Positions 14,601 to 26,600 of a stretch of 57,590 nucleotides of DNA are shown here, one piece after another. This stretch comes from Sphacelaria rigidula (taxonomy: Eukaryota), in NCBI GenBank assembly GCA_964200075.2, contig CAXNAA020000003.1, positions 1 to 57,590 of the forward strand. Direction: 5' to 3'. A model generated the notes under the pieces. The model saw only the letters and a program-made list of their open reading frames with translations, ran no database searches and was not told the origin of the DNA. The first letter of the stretch is position 1, and each line of letters opens with the position of its first letter. The position numbers were made by a program, and so were the translations under genes.

Positions 14601-17600
14601 CCGAGGGGCCTAGCTGTGGTCTCAATATAAATGTACCCAAGGTGAACGAAACAGAGCGCTCACTGAAGAACAAAAAGTGGAAAAACCAAAACTAAAGGTA
14701 AACGGAGTGGAATCTAGAAAACTAACCAAGCACGAACAAAATAGGAAGAGGAAAAACATGAAACAGTGCCGATGGAACATATACATGTATGTATCATGGG
14801 AAAGGACTAAAGGCCGAGGAAGATTGTGAGCAGAATCGTAGGTTCGCCACAAACTCCTGTCGAAGCCACCAACCCCTGCCGGAAGATTCAAACTAGTTGG
14901 CGTTTGTGCTGCTAAAAAGTACGCCCAGTAGGGACACGTTTTGGCCCAACGTGAGCGGCCGCTGGGATGTGGTTGACAACGCCGTAGCACCGAATCTCAG
15001 TCAGGGGTTCCGTACCGCAGCGGGGAGCTATCGCTACCGCCTCACCCAGATGTATAGCCGATGAGCAATGTATGGCCGCGGCCAAGGGTACTGTGACCAA
15101 TATCGACTGCTCGGGGGTAGAACGGTTCGACTTCGCCGCGTTCACCCCGTAAGTCGAAGTTGGCCCAAAAAAACAGCGAACATCGACACTATACACTGTC
15201 ATTTACACGTCGACCCACGACTACAACGAAGTTCCATCGGCTCTCACCCGAGCTTCCAACAACCCCGCAAGGTTGTGGAGCGTGGCGGCCAAGTTTGGGT
15301 GCTCCGGGCCGAGAAGCTTCTCCTGCATCGCCTGACACTGCTCGTAGAGTGCCTCGGCCTCGGTGGGTTTGCCCTGCAATGTAATACACGACGCAGAAGC
15401 ACCCTATAACGATCAACGCAAGAACTGCAAGGGTGTCGAGGCCATCCCGCCACCGCCCTGCTGAGGTGTGCAGCGGGAGACCGATGTGTGTACAGGGCCA
15501 GGGATACTGTGCCCGACCTCGACCGCTCAGAGGTACGGCGGGTTGTCATTGCAGTGTTCACCATCTCAGTGAACACTGGCTCACATGACCGGCGGACAAC
15601 ACCAACACCACATAATGTCGTTCACACGTCGACATACGACTACGACAAAGTTCCACCTGCTCTCACCTGAGCTTGCAACAGCTCCGCACGGTAATGGAGC
15701 GTCTTGGCTAAGTTCGGGTGCTCCGGGCCGAGAGCCTTCTCCTGCATCGCCTGGCACCGCTCGAAGAGTGCCTCGGCCTCGGCGTACTTGCCCTGCAATG
15801 CAGTACACGACGCAGAAGCATCCTGCCAAGGTCAACGTCGGACCCACAACGGCGGACAGAAGTTCGCGCCACCGCCCCACCCAGGTGTGCAGCCGGCGAG
15901 TGATATGTGTACAGGGCCAAGGGTATTATGTATGCCCAATCTCGGCGGCTCAGAGGAGCAACCGGTTGGCATTCCCGCCTTCGCACTGTCAGTCAACGTT
16001 GGCCCCACAGGACCAGCGAACGTTGACACCGAAATATCGTTCGCACGTCGATACACGAATAAGACAAGAGTTGCAACGGCTCTCACCTGAGCTTGAAACA
16101 AGCGCGCACGGCTACCCAGCGTTGCAGCCAAGTCAGGATGCCCCGGGACAAGAACTGTCTCCAGAATCGCCTGACACCGCTCGTAAAGTGGCTGAGCCTC
16201 GGCATACTTGCCCTGTAATATAGTTCACGACGCGGAAACAGCTTAGAACGGTCAACGTCAGACGTTTGTGTAACGTCGGCCAGACGGTCGCGTCACCGCC
16301 CCCCCAGGTGTGCAGCCGGCGAGAGCCATGTGTACAGGGCCGAGGAAACTATGCCCGATATAACGGGTTGGCTTCTCCGCACTCACCCTCTCAGGAAACG
16401 TTGTCCCACAGGACTATCCAGGAGCATCAACACCACACGATGTCGTTCACACGTCGACACAAGAGCACGATAAAGGTACAACTCCTCTCACCCGAGCTTG
16501 CAACAACCTCGCACGGTTGTGGAGCGTGACGGCCAAATCACGGTTCACCGGGCCGAGAACCTTCTCCTGCATCGCCTGGCACCGCTCGAAAAGTGGCTCA
16601 GCCTCGGCGTACTTGCCCTGCAATGCAGTACACAACGCAGGGGTAGCCTGTAGCAGTCAACGTCGGATCTACAACGGCGGAGAGATGCCCGGGTTACCCC
16701 CTCGCCTTGGTGTGCAGCCGGCCTCCGATGCGTGCGAAGGCAAAGGGTGCTATGCCCGATCTCGACGGCTAAGGGGTACGAAGGGATGGCTTTCTCTAGG
16801 GTCGACGCTCCTAAGAGTGCGGCGGCGGGTGCGAGTGGGAGCATCCCCCACATTGCCTTCAGCAAAGCTTGCGAACGCTCGGGGCGCCTTCCCCATACGA
16901 CTGCCGCGAGGCAGTCTAGCCGAGCCTTCGGGTACTCGGGACACGAACTCGCTTGCGAGGTACGTGTTGGGTTGGGATTCCTCTATCCGTCAAGGAAAAA
17001 CAAAAGGGTTGACTTCCACGCTTCCACCCTCTCAGTCAACACCACCAGCAAACATCAACACCACAATGTCGTTCACACCAACACACAACAACGACGAAGT
17101 TCCATCAGCTCTCACCTGAGCTTGAAACAACCCTGCACGGTTGCGAAGCGTTATGGCCAAGCTCGGGTGCTCTGGGCCGAGAGCCTTCTCCAGTATCGCT
17201 TGGCACCGCTCGTAAAGTGGCTCAGCCTCAGCATACTTGCCCTGCAATGTAGTGTACAACGTCCAAGAAACCTACAACAGTAAACACTGGACACAACAGC
17301 GACGAGGCGCTCCCGCCACCACCCTGCCCTGGTGCGTAGCCGGCGAGCGATGTGTATACAGCGCCAAGGGTACTCTTCCCAATCTCGACCGCTCAGAGGC
17401 ACAGCGGGTTGATCTCGGGGTAATCACCTTCTCAGTCAACACGTCGACACACGACAACGAGAAAGGTACATCGGCTCTCACCTGAGCTTGCAACAACCAC
17501 GCACGGTTCTGAAGCGTTCTGGCCAAGTTCGGGTGCTCTGGGCCGAGAGCCTTCTCCAGTATCGCTTGGCACCGCTTGTAGAGTGGCTCAGCCTGGATGT

Positions 17601-20600
17601 ACTTGCCCTGCAATGTAGAAACGACGCAGAAGCATCCCGTGACAGTCAACGTCGGACCTATGACGGCGGCGAGACGTTTGCGCCATCGCTCTGTTCAGGT
17701 GTGCAGCCGGTGAGCGATTGGTGTACAGGACCACGGATACTATACCCAATCTCGACTGCAAAGGAGTACAACGGATCCGTCTCGCAGTACATGCCCTCTC
17801 AGCCAATGCTGGCCCACAGGATCAGCAAACATCAACACCACACAATGCCGTTCACACGAACACGAGAACTTTTTACCGACTCTCGCCTGAGCTTCCAGTA
17901 ATCCCGCACGGTTGTTGATCGTGACGGCCAACTCAGAATGGTCGGGGCCAAGCAGTTTCTCCTCAATCGCCTGGCCCCGCTCATATAGCGGCTCAGCCTC
18001 GGCGTATTTGCCCTGAAATGCAGTACACGGTTCAGCAGCAGCCTGTAACAGTCAACATCGGACCCACATCGGGGGCCAGAAGCTCCCACCACTGCTTCGT
18101 CAATGCGTGCAGACGGTGAGCAATATGCCGACAGGGCCGAGGATACTATGCCTGATCTCGACGGCTCAGATGTACAACAGGTTGGCTTCACCGCACTTAT
18201 TCCCGAGTCACCGTTGGCTTACAACACCAAATGACATCATCGGCATCACAAAATGTCGTGTACAAGTCGACAGACGACTACGACAAAGTTCCGTTCGCTT
18301 TCACCTGAGCTTGCAACAATCTCGCACGGCTGTGAAGCGTTGCGGCTAAACTAGGGTTCATCGGGCCGAGAACCCTCTCCTGCATCGCCTGGCACCGCTC
18401 GAAAAGTGGCTCAGCCTCGTTGTACTTGCCCTGCAATGCAGTGCACGACGCAGGAGCATCCAGTAACCATCAATGCCGGACCTGCAACGGCGGAGAGATG
18501 CTCGCGCCACCATGCCGATCAGGTGTGCAGCAGTTATGTACAGGGCCAAGAGTAAAATGCCTGATCTCTACGACCCACACGTACAACGGCATGGCCTAGC
18601 CGAGACCGCCCTCCCAGTCATCGTTGACCCACAGCACCAGCGAACAACATCGAAGACACACAATGTTCCCCACACGGACACCCAACGACGAATAAGTTTC
18701 ATCGGCTCGCACCTGAGCTAGCAACAAACCCGCACGGTTGTGAATCGTTATAGCCAGGCTAGGGTGCTCCGGGCCGAGGACCTTCTCCTGAATCGCCTGG
18801 CACCACTCGTAGAGTCGCTCAGCGTCGGTATACTTGCCCTGCACCGTAGCACGAAACAGAAACAAGCGATAACAGTCTACCTCGGACCCGTAACGGCGGC
18901 GAGACGCTCGTGTCACCGCCCAGCCCAGGTGCGCAGCAGGAGAGGCCAACGTGCACAGGGTCAAGGGCAATATGCCAGATCTCGTCCGCTTAGAGGTACC
19001 TCTATTTGGCCTAGTCGCACTCACCTTGTCAGTCAACGTTGGCCCACAGCACCAACGAACCACACCAATACTACACAATGTCGTTTGCATGTCGACACAC
19101 GACGACGACAAGTTCCAACGGCTCTCACCTGAGCTTCCAACAACCCTGCCCGACTACACAGGGTTGCAGCCAAGTCAGGATGCTCGGGGCCGAGAATCTT
19201 CTGCTGGATCGCCTGGCTTTGTTTGTAGAGTGGCTCCGCTTCGGCGTACTTGCCCTGCAATGTCGTTGAGGGCGCAGACGTAGCGTGAAATAGTCAACGT
19301 CGGATCTAGCACGGCGGCGAGGCGCACGGGTAGTACCCCGACCTGGTGTGCAACCAGCAAGCGATGTGTACAGGAAGGGCCATTCGTGCGATCTCCATTA
19401 TCGACGGCTCATAGATGCACTAGGTAGACCTCGCCGCACTCACTTCCTCAGCCGACGTTGACCAAACCTGACCAGCGAAGAACGTCAACACCACACGAAG
19501 TCATTTATATGTCGACACACGACACGGAAAAATTTCCATCGGCTTTTACCTGAGCTTGCAACAACGCCGCACGGTTGCAGAGTGTGGCGGCCAAGCTTGG
19601 GTGCTCCATGCCAAGAATCTTCTCCTTCATCTCATGGCACTGCTCGTAAAGTGGCTCGGCTTCGGCGTACTTGCCCTGTAATGTAGGACACGACGCAGAT
19701 CCAGCCCATAGCAGTCAACGTCGGACCAACAACGGCACCGAGACGTTCGCGCCACTGCGCCCCCCAGATGTGCAGCCGATGAGCGCTAGGTGTACAGGGC
19801 CAAGGCTACTATGGCGCATCACGTCGGCTCAGGGCTGCAACGAGTTGGCTTCGCCCCACTCACTCTCAGTCAAGGTTAGCACACAGGATCAGCGGAGATC
19901 CCAACACGACACAAAAATGTTTACACATCGACATACAACTAGCAGGAAGTTCCGTTAGCCTTTACCTGATACTTCAACAAACTCGCACGGTTGCCAAGCG
20001 TTGTGGCCAGACCTGGGTGCTCCTGGCCGAGAACCTTCTGCTGGATCGCCTGGCACCGCTGGTAGAGTAGCCCCGCCTCTGTGTACTTGCCCTGCAATGT
20101 AGACGCGACGCCGATTGCCTCGTCTTTACGGCTCAGGGGTACAATAGATTTGGCTCGCCGCACTCGCATTCTCCGTCAAGGTTGACTCACAGTACCAGCA
20201 AACAACTTCGACACCACATGTTGTCGCTCACACGTCGACACACGACTAGGGAGTTCCATCGGTTCATACCTGAGCTTGCAACAGCCCCGCACGGTTGTTA
20301 AGCGTTATGGCCAAGCTTGGGTGCTCCAGACCAAGAATCTCCTCCAGCATCGCCTGGCACCGCTCGTAGATTTCCTCCGCCGCCGAAAACTCGCCCTGCA
20401 ATGCAGCACAAAACGCAGAAGCAGCCTGAAATGTTCAACGGCGAATCTACAACGGTAGCGCGACGCCCGGGCCACCGCCCTGCCCTGGTATGCAGCCGAC
20501 GAACACTGTATATACAGGGTCGAAGGTACTGTGCACGACCCCAATGGCTCAGAATTACAATACGTTAGCTTTCCCGCACCCTCTTAGTCAACGTTGTCCC

Positions 20601-23600
20601 ACAGGACCAAATGACATCATCGGCATCACAAAATGTCGTGTACAAGTCGACAGACGACTACGACAAAGTTCCGTTCGCTTTCACCTGAGCTTGCAACAGT
20701 CCCGCACGGCTGTGAAGCGTTGCGGCTAAACTAGGGTTCATCGGGCCGAGAACCCTCTCCTGCATCGCCTGGCACCGCTCGAAAAGTGGCTCAGCCTCGT
20801 TGTACTTGCCCTGCAATGCAGTGCACGACGCAGGAGCATCCAGTAACCATCAATGCCGGACCTGCAACGGCGGAGAGATGCTCGCGCCACCATGCCGATC
20901 AGGTGTGCAGCAGTTATGTACAGGGCCAAGAGTAAAATGCCTGATCTCGACGACCCACAGGTACAACGGAATGGTCGTTGACCCACAGCACCAGCTAACA
21001 ACATCGAAGACACACAATGTTCCCCACACGGACACCCAACGACGAATAAGTTTCATCGGCTCGCACCTGAGCTAGCAACAAACCCGCACGGGTGTGAATC
21101 GTTATAGCCAGGCTAGGGTGCTCCGGGCCGAGGACCTTCTCCTGAATCGCCTGGCACCACTCGTAGAGTGGCTCAGCGTCGGTATACTTGCCCTGCACCG
21201 TAGCACGAAACAGAAACAAGCGATAACAGTCTACCTCGGACCCGTAACGGCGGCGAGACGCTCGTGTCACCGCCCAGCCCAGGTGCGCAGCAGGAGAGGC
21301 CAACGTGCACAGGGTCAAGGGCAATATGCCAGATCTCGTCCGCTTAGAGGTACCTCTATTTGGCCTAGTCGCACTCACCTTGTCAGTCAACGTTGGCCCA
21401 CAGCACCAGCGAACCACACCAATACTACACAATGTCGTTTGCATGTCGACACACGACGACGACAAGTTCCAACGGCTCTCACCTGAGCTTCCAACAACCC
21501 TGCCCGACTACACAGGGTTGCAGCCAAGTCAGGATGCTCGGGGCCGAGAATCTTCTGCTGGATCGCCTGGCTTTGTTTGTAGAGTGGCTCCGCTTCGGCG
21601 TACTTGCCCTGCAATGTCGTTGAGAGCGCAGACGTAGCGTGAAATAGTCAACGTCGGATCTAGCACGGCGGCGAGGCGCTCGCGCCATCACCCCGCCCAC
21701 GTATGCAGGTGTGCAGACGGCGAGCGATGTGTGTACAGGGCCAGGAGTACCGTGTCCGATTTCGACGACTTAGAGATACAGGTCGGACTCGCCGCACTCA
21801 CTTCCTCAGTCAGCGTTGACCACACCTGACCAGCGAAGAACGTCAACACCACGCAAGACCGTTCACACGTCGACACAAGACTACCGTAAAGACACATCGG
21901 TTCGTACCTGAGCTTGCAAGAATCTCGCACGGCTGCGTAGCGTTGTGGCCAGCTTTGGGTGCTCCGGGCCGAGAACCTCCTCCTCGATCACCTGGCACCG
22001 TTCGTAAAGTGACTCAGCCTCAGCGTACATTCCCTGCAATGTGGTACACGATGTGGAAGTAGTCTGTAACGGCCCAAGTCGAATACATAATGGCGGCGAG
22101 GTGCTCTCGCAACTACCCTGCTCTGCTGGGAAGCCCGCGAGCGATATGTGTACAAACCCAAGGACACGGTGCCCAGTCTCGATGGCACAGTGGTACAACG
22201 GGTTCGCCTCACCTCACTCGCACCCTCAGTCAACGTTGGCCAAAAGCACTAGTGAACACCATCTACACTACACAAAGTCGCTCACACGCCGACATTTGAC
22301 CATCGGAAAGGTACATCGGCTTCAACCTGAGCTTGCAATAACTCCGCACGGTTGTGAAGAGTTGTGGCCAGGGTTGGGTGCTCCGGCCCGAGAACCTTCT
22401 CCAGCATCGCCTGGCACCGCTCGTAGAGCGCCTTTGCCTCCGTATACTTTCCCTGCAATGTAGAAACGCAGAAGCAGCCTACGACAGTCGACGTCAGACC
22501 TAAAGCGCCGGCGAGACGTTCGCGCCACCGCCTTGCCCAGGTATGCAGCCAACGAGCGATGTGTGTACGGGGCCAAGAGTACTTACCATGTTCGATCTCC
22601 TCGGCTCAGAGATATGAGGGGTTGGCATTGCCACACACGCCCCCTACGTTGACGTTGACCCGCAGGACCAGAAAACAATATCGAAACCACAAAATATCAT
22701 TCCCATGCCAAATAATCCGACAACGAGGAAGTCTCATGGGCTATCACCTGAGCTTGCAACAACCCCGCACGGCTGTTAAGTATTGTGGCCAAGGTCGGGT
22801 GCCCCTGACCCAGCACTTTCTCATCGATCGCCTGGCACCGCTCGTAGAGGGGATCAGCCTCGGTGTACTTGCCCTGCAATGTGCAGGAGGTAGGAGCAAT
22901 CAGCAACAGTCTAATTCGGACTCGCCACGGCGACGAGATGCTCCCGCTACTGCCCAGCCCTGCTGCGCAGCCGGCGAGCGATGTGTGAACAGGGTCAAGG
23001 ATACTCCATCCACTCAGTTTCGACTGCTCGCAACGTATGAGGGGTTGGCCTCGCCACATTCGCCCTCTGAGTCAACGTAAGTCAACAGGATCAGCCAACA
23101 GGATCGGCACCACACAATGCCTTTCATACATGGACACACAACTGAAAAATATTTCCATTGGCCCTCACCCGATCTTGCAACAACCCCGCACGGTTGTGGA
23201 GCGTGGCGGCCACACTCGGGTGCTCCGGACCGAGAGCCTTCTCCTTCATCGCCTGGCACAGCTCGTAGAGTGACTCGGCCTCGGCATACTTGCCCTGCAA
23301 TGTATTACATGACACGGGAGCAGCCTAAAATAGTTAACAGTGTACCTAGAAAGGTGGTGAGACGTTCGGGCCACCGCCCCGCCTAGATGTGCAGCAGGTG
23401 AGCGCTGCGTGTACAGGGCCAAGGGTACCATGTCGGGTCTCGACGGCTCAGAGGTACGGCAGGTTGGCATTGTCGCACTCACCCTCTCAGTCAACGTTGG
23501 CCCACAGGGCCAGCGAGCAACATCTACACCACACAACGTCGTGCACACGTCGACACACGACTAGGAGAAAATTCCGTCGGTTTATACCTGAACATGCAAC

Positions 23601-26600
23601 AAACCCACACGCTGTGGCCCCACAGCGGCAGCGAGACCCGTGCGCTGTCGCCCCGTCGACCGCTATGAGTATGTGTACCGGGTCGAGGACACTGTGCCCG
23701 ATCTCGACGGCTCGGCAATACAACAGGTTGGCTCCATGGCACTCACCCTCTCAGTCAACGATGGCCCACAAGACTATGAACAGCGCACAACATCAACACC
23801 ACACGATGTCGTTCAAATGTTGACACAAGTCTACGAGAGAGTGCAAATGGCTATCGCCTAAGCGTTCAACAGCCCCGCACCGTGATGAAGCGTTTTGGTC
23901 GAGTCAGAATTCGTCGGGTCGCGACCCTGTCCCTCACCCTAACCTTAAGCCCAACCCATCCTAGCCGTGACCCTAACCCTAAATCCTGCATCGCCTGGCA
24001 CCTGAGCTTGCAACAACCCCGCACGGCTTCCCAGCGTTGCCGCCAATGCTGGGTGCTCCGTACCGAGAAGCTTCTCCTGTATCGCCTGGCACCGCTCGTA
24101 GAGTAGCTTAGCCTCGGCGTACTTGCCCTGACATGGAGGACGTGAAGCAGTCTGTAATTGTCAACGTCGGACCAACAACGGCCGCGAGACGCTCGCTTCA
24201 CCGCCTCGCCTAACTTTGCAGCCGGCGAGCGATGTCTGTAAAGGCTCAACGGTACTATGTCCGACCTCGACGGCTCAAAGGTACAACGGGGTGGTCTCGT
24301 TGCATTCATCCTGTCAAAGTTGGCCCACAGGACCAGCGCATGGTCTACACAGCGCAATGTTGTTCACGCGTCACCAAACAACTACGACGATGTTATATCG
24401 GCTCTCACCCGGGCTTGCAACAACTTCGCACGGCTGTGAAGCGTGGCGGCGAAGACTGGGTGCTCCGGGCCGAGAACCTTCTCCCTGATCCCTTGGCACC
24501 GCTCGTAGAGTATCTCAGCCTCGTCGTACTTGCCCTGCATGTAGCACAGCGCGTCACGTGTCAACAATGAAGATGCAGTTCACGACGCGCAAACAGCCAA
24601 GAAGAGACAACGTCGGATCTACAACGGCGAGGAGATGCTTGCGCAACCCCCCCGCCCTGAGGTGCTGACAATGAGCGCTGTGCTTACAGGGCCAAGGGTA
24701 CAATGCCCGATACCGATGGCGAAGAGGTACGACGGGCGGGCAATGCCGATGCTCTCAGTCACCGTTGGCCCAGAGGACTAGCGACCAACATCAGCACTAC
24801 ACACGGTCGCTCACACGTCTAGATACTACTCCAATACGATGAAGATCCATCGGTTCCCACCTGAGCTTGAAACAACCCCGCACGGTTGTCAAGCGTTGCG
24901 GAGAAATTCACGTGCTCCGGGCCAAGAAACTTCTCCTCAATTGCATGGCACCGCTCGTACAGTGGCTCCGCTTCGGTGTACTTGCCCTGCAATGTAGTTA
25001 AGGACACAAAAGCGCATATAGGAGTTATTGTCGCACCTACAACGGCGGCGAGGCGCTCGCGCCATCACCCCGTTCACGTGTGCAGTTATGCAGCGGGCGA
25101 GCGATATTTGTGTACAGGGCCAAGAGTACTGTGTCCAATGTCGACAGCTCAGAGGTATACCGGGTGGACCTAGCCGCACTCACCCTCTCAGTCAGCCTTG
25201 GCACGCAGGGCCAGCGAGAAACACCAACACCATACGATGCCGTTCACACGTCGACACGCGACTGCGAGGAAGCCACACCGGCTCTCACCTGAGCTTGCAA
25301 CAAATGCGCACGGCTTCTCATCGTTGCGGCTAAATCAGGATGATTCAGGTCCAGGACTTTCTCCTGTATCGCCTGGCACCGCTCGTAAAGTAGCTCAGCC
25401 TCGGTGTACTTGCCCTGCAATGTATTACACGGCGCAGAAGCAGCGTATAACAGTTACCGTCGGACACACAACAGCGGCGAGCTGCTCGCACCACGGCCCC
25501 GCCTAGGTGTACAGCCGGCAAGCGCTATATGTACAGGGTCGAGAGTACAATACCCAATCTCGACCGCTCAGAGGTACAACGACCTGGCTCCGCCGCACTC
25601 ACCCTCTCAGCTAACGTTGGCCCACAGGGCCAAGCGCAATAAAAACCAAAGTATCGTCAACACGAGCACCCGACAACGGTAATGTTCCATCTGCTTTCAC
25701 CTGAGTTGTCAACAACCCCGCGCGGTTGCAGACCGTGGTGGCCAGGCTTGGGTGCTCCGGGCCGAAGACATTCTCTTTTATAATTTGGCATCGCTTGTAG
25801 AGAGGCTCAGCCTCGGCGTACTTGCCCTGGAATAGAAACGACAGCAACAGACGAATCTCAGTCCGACCAAGATTTGGGTTGGGTTATGGCGAAAGTACGT
25901 TTGAGATAACCCCACCATTTCGTCAAATCATACGGCTAAACGGGGATGCTTCGGGCCAAGGGATCCCTCTGTAATGCTATATCGCTTTGGCACGCACTTG
26001 AGCTGCCTGCTAGTAACTCTCGTGAATACCTTTTGGTAGAGGCGTGACTAAGTGTTTTCTCCGTCACACTTTCGACCCCTCCCCTTCCTGGGAATAAATC
26101 ATTGGTATCAAAGGATGAACCCACCCATCTCTCCCCTGGTACACGGCTTGCACTTTGGCCTCGCGGATTGGATCAGCTCCTCCCCACTGCGTCGATTCAC
26201 GTCAAACAATTCAGTCAACTCTTTCCGTTACTCACGTACTCACGCTTCTAAAGACGGAAATCAGAGTGAAGATTTAACCCAAACACATCACGTTTTTACG
26301 CGATTTAGCTCACTAGAGCATTGGGCCAACTCCCAAGGGCAAAGCCGTATCGTACTTGGCTCGGAATTTTATTTTCCAAAAGTAGCCCATTTGATTTTTG
26401 ATCGAGAAAATAGAACCGCCTTTCCCGGTCTTTTTAATTTTTGATCGAGAAAAGTAAAACTGATGTACGAGCCCAGGACTGCTGCTGCATGTTGTTCACT
26501 GTCTGTTGTAGATGTGTGCTGTATGTAACATACGTAGCCGGTAACGGTAAAAAATGGTTTAAAATCATTATGCAATTTTTTCACATAACCATAACCATTG

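Larger units (their letters stand above)
14985..25826 (-). repeat. Tandem array of ~420-bp units (126-nt TPR exon plus ~290-nt homologous intron), about 27 units
   Basis: Exon starts are mostly 405-421 bp apart. Intron motifs recur in each unit (+ strand: tgtacagggcc, atctcgacggctcagaggtac, cactcaccctctcagtcaacgttggcccacag, cacacgtcgacacacgac). Confidence 0.95.

Noticed and set aside
16793-17003. Hammerhead ribozyme in the structured insertion
   Set aside because: No CUGANGA...GAAA core arrangement seen on either strand.
15068-25682. Numerous plus-strand and off-frame ORFs (e.g. 15585-16223, 16517-17119)
   Set aside because: They are antisense or shifted readings of the TPR exon-intron repeat.
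14985-25826. Regularly spaced repeats as a CRISPR array
   Set aside because: Units are ~420 bp, both parts are homologous between units, the conserved part encodes spliced TPRs, and no cas genes are present.
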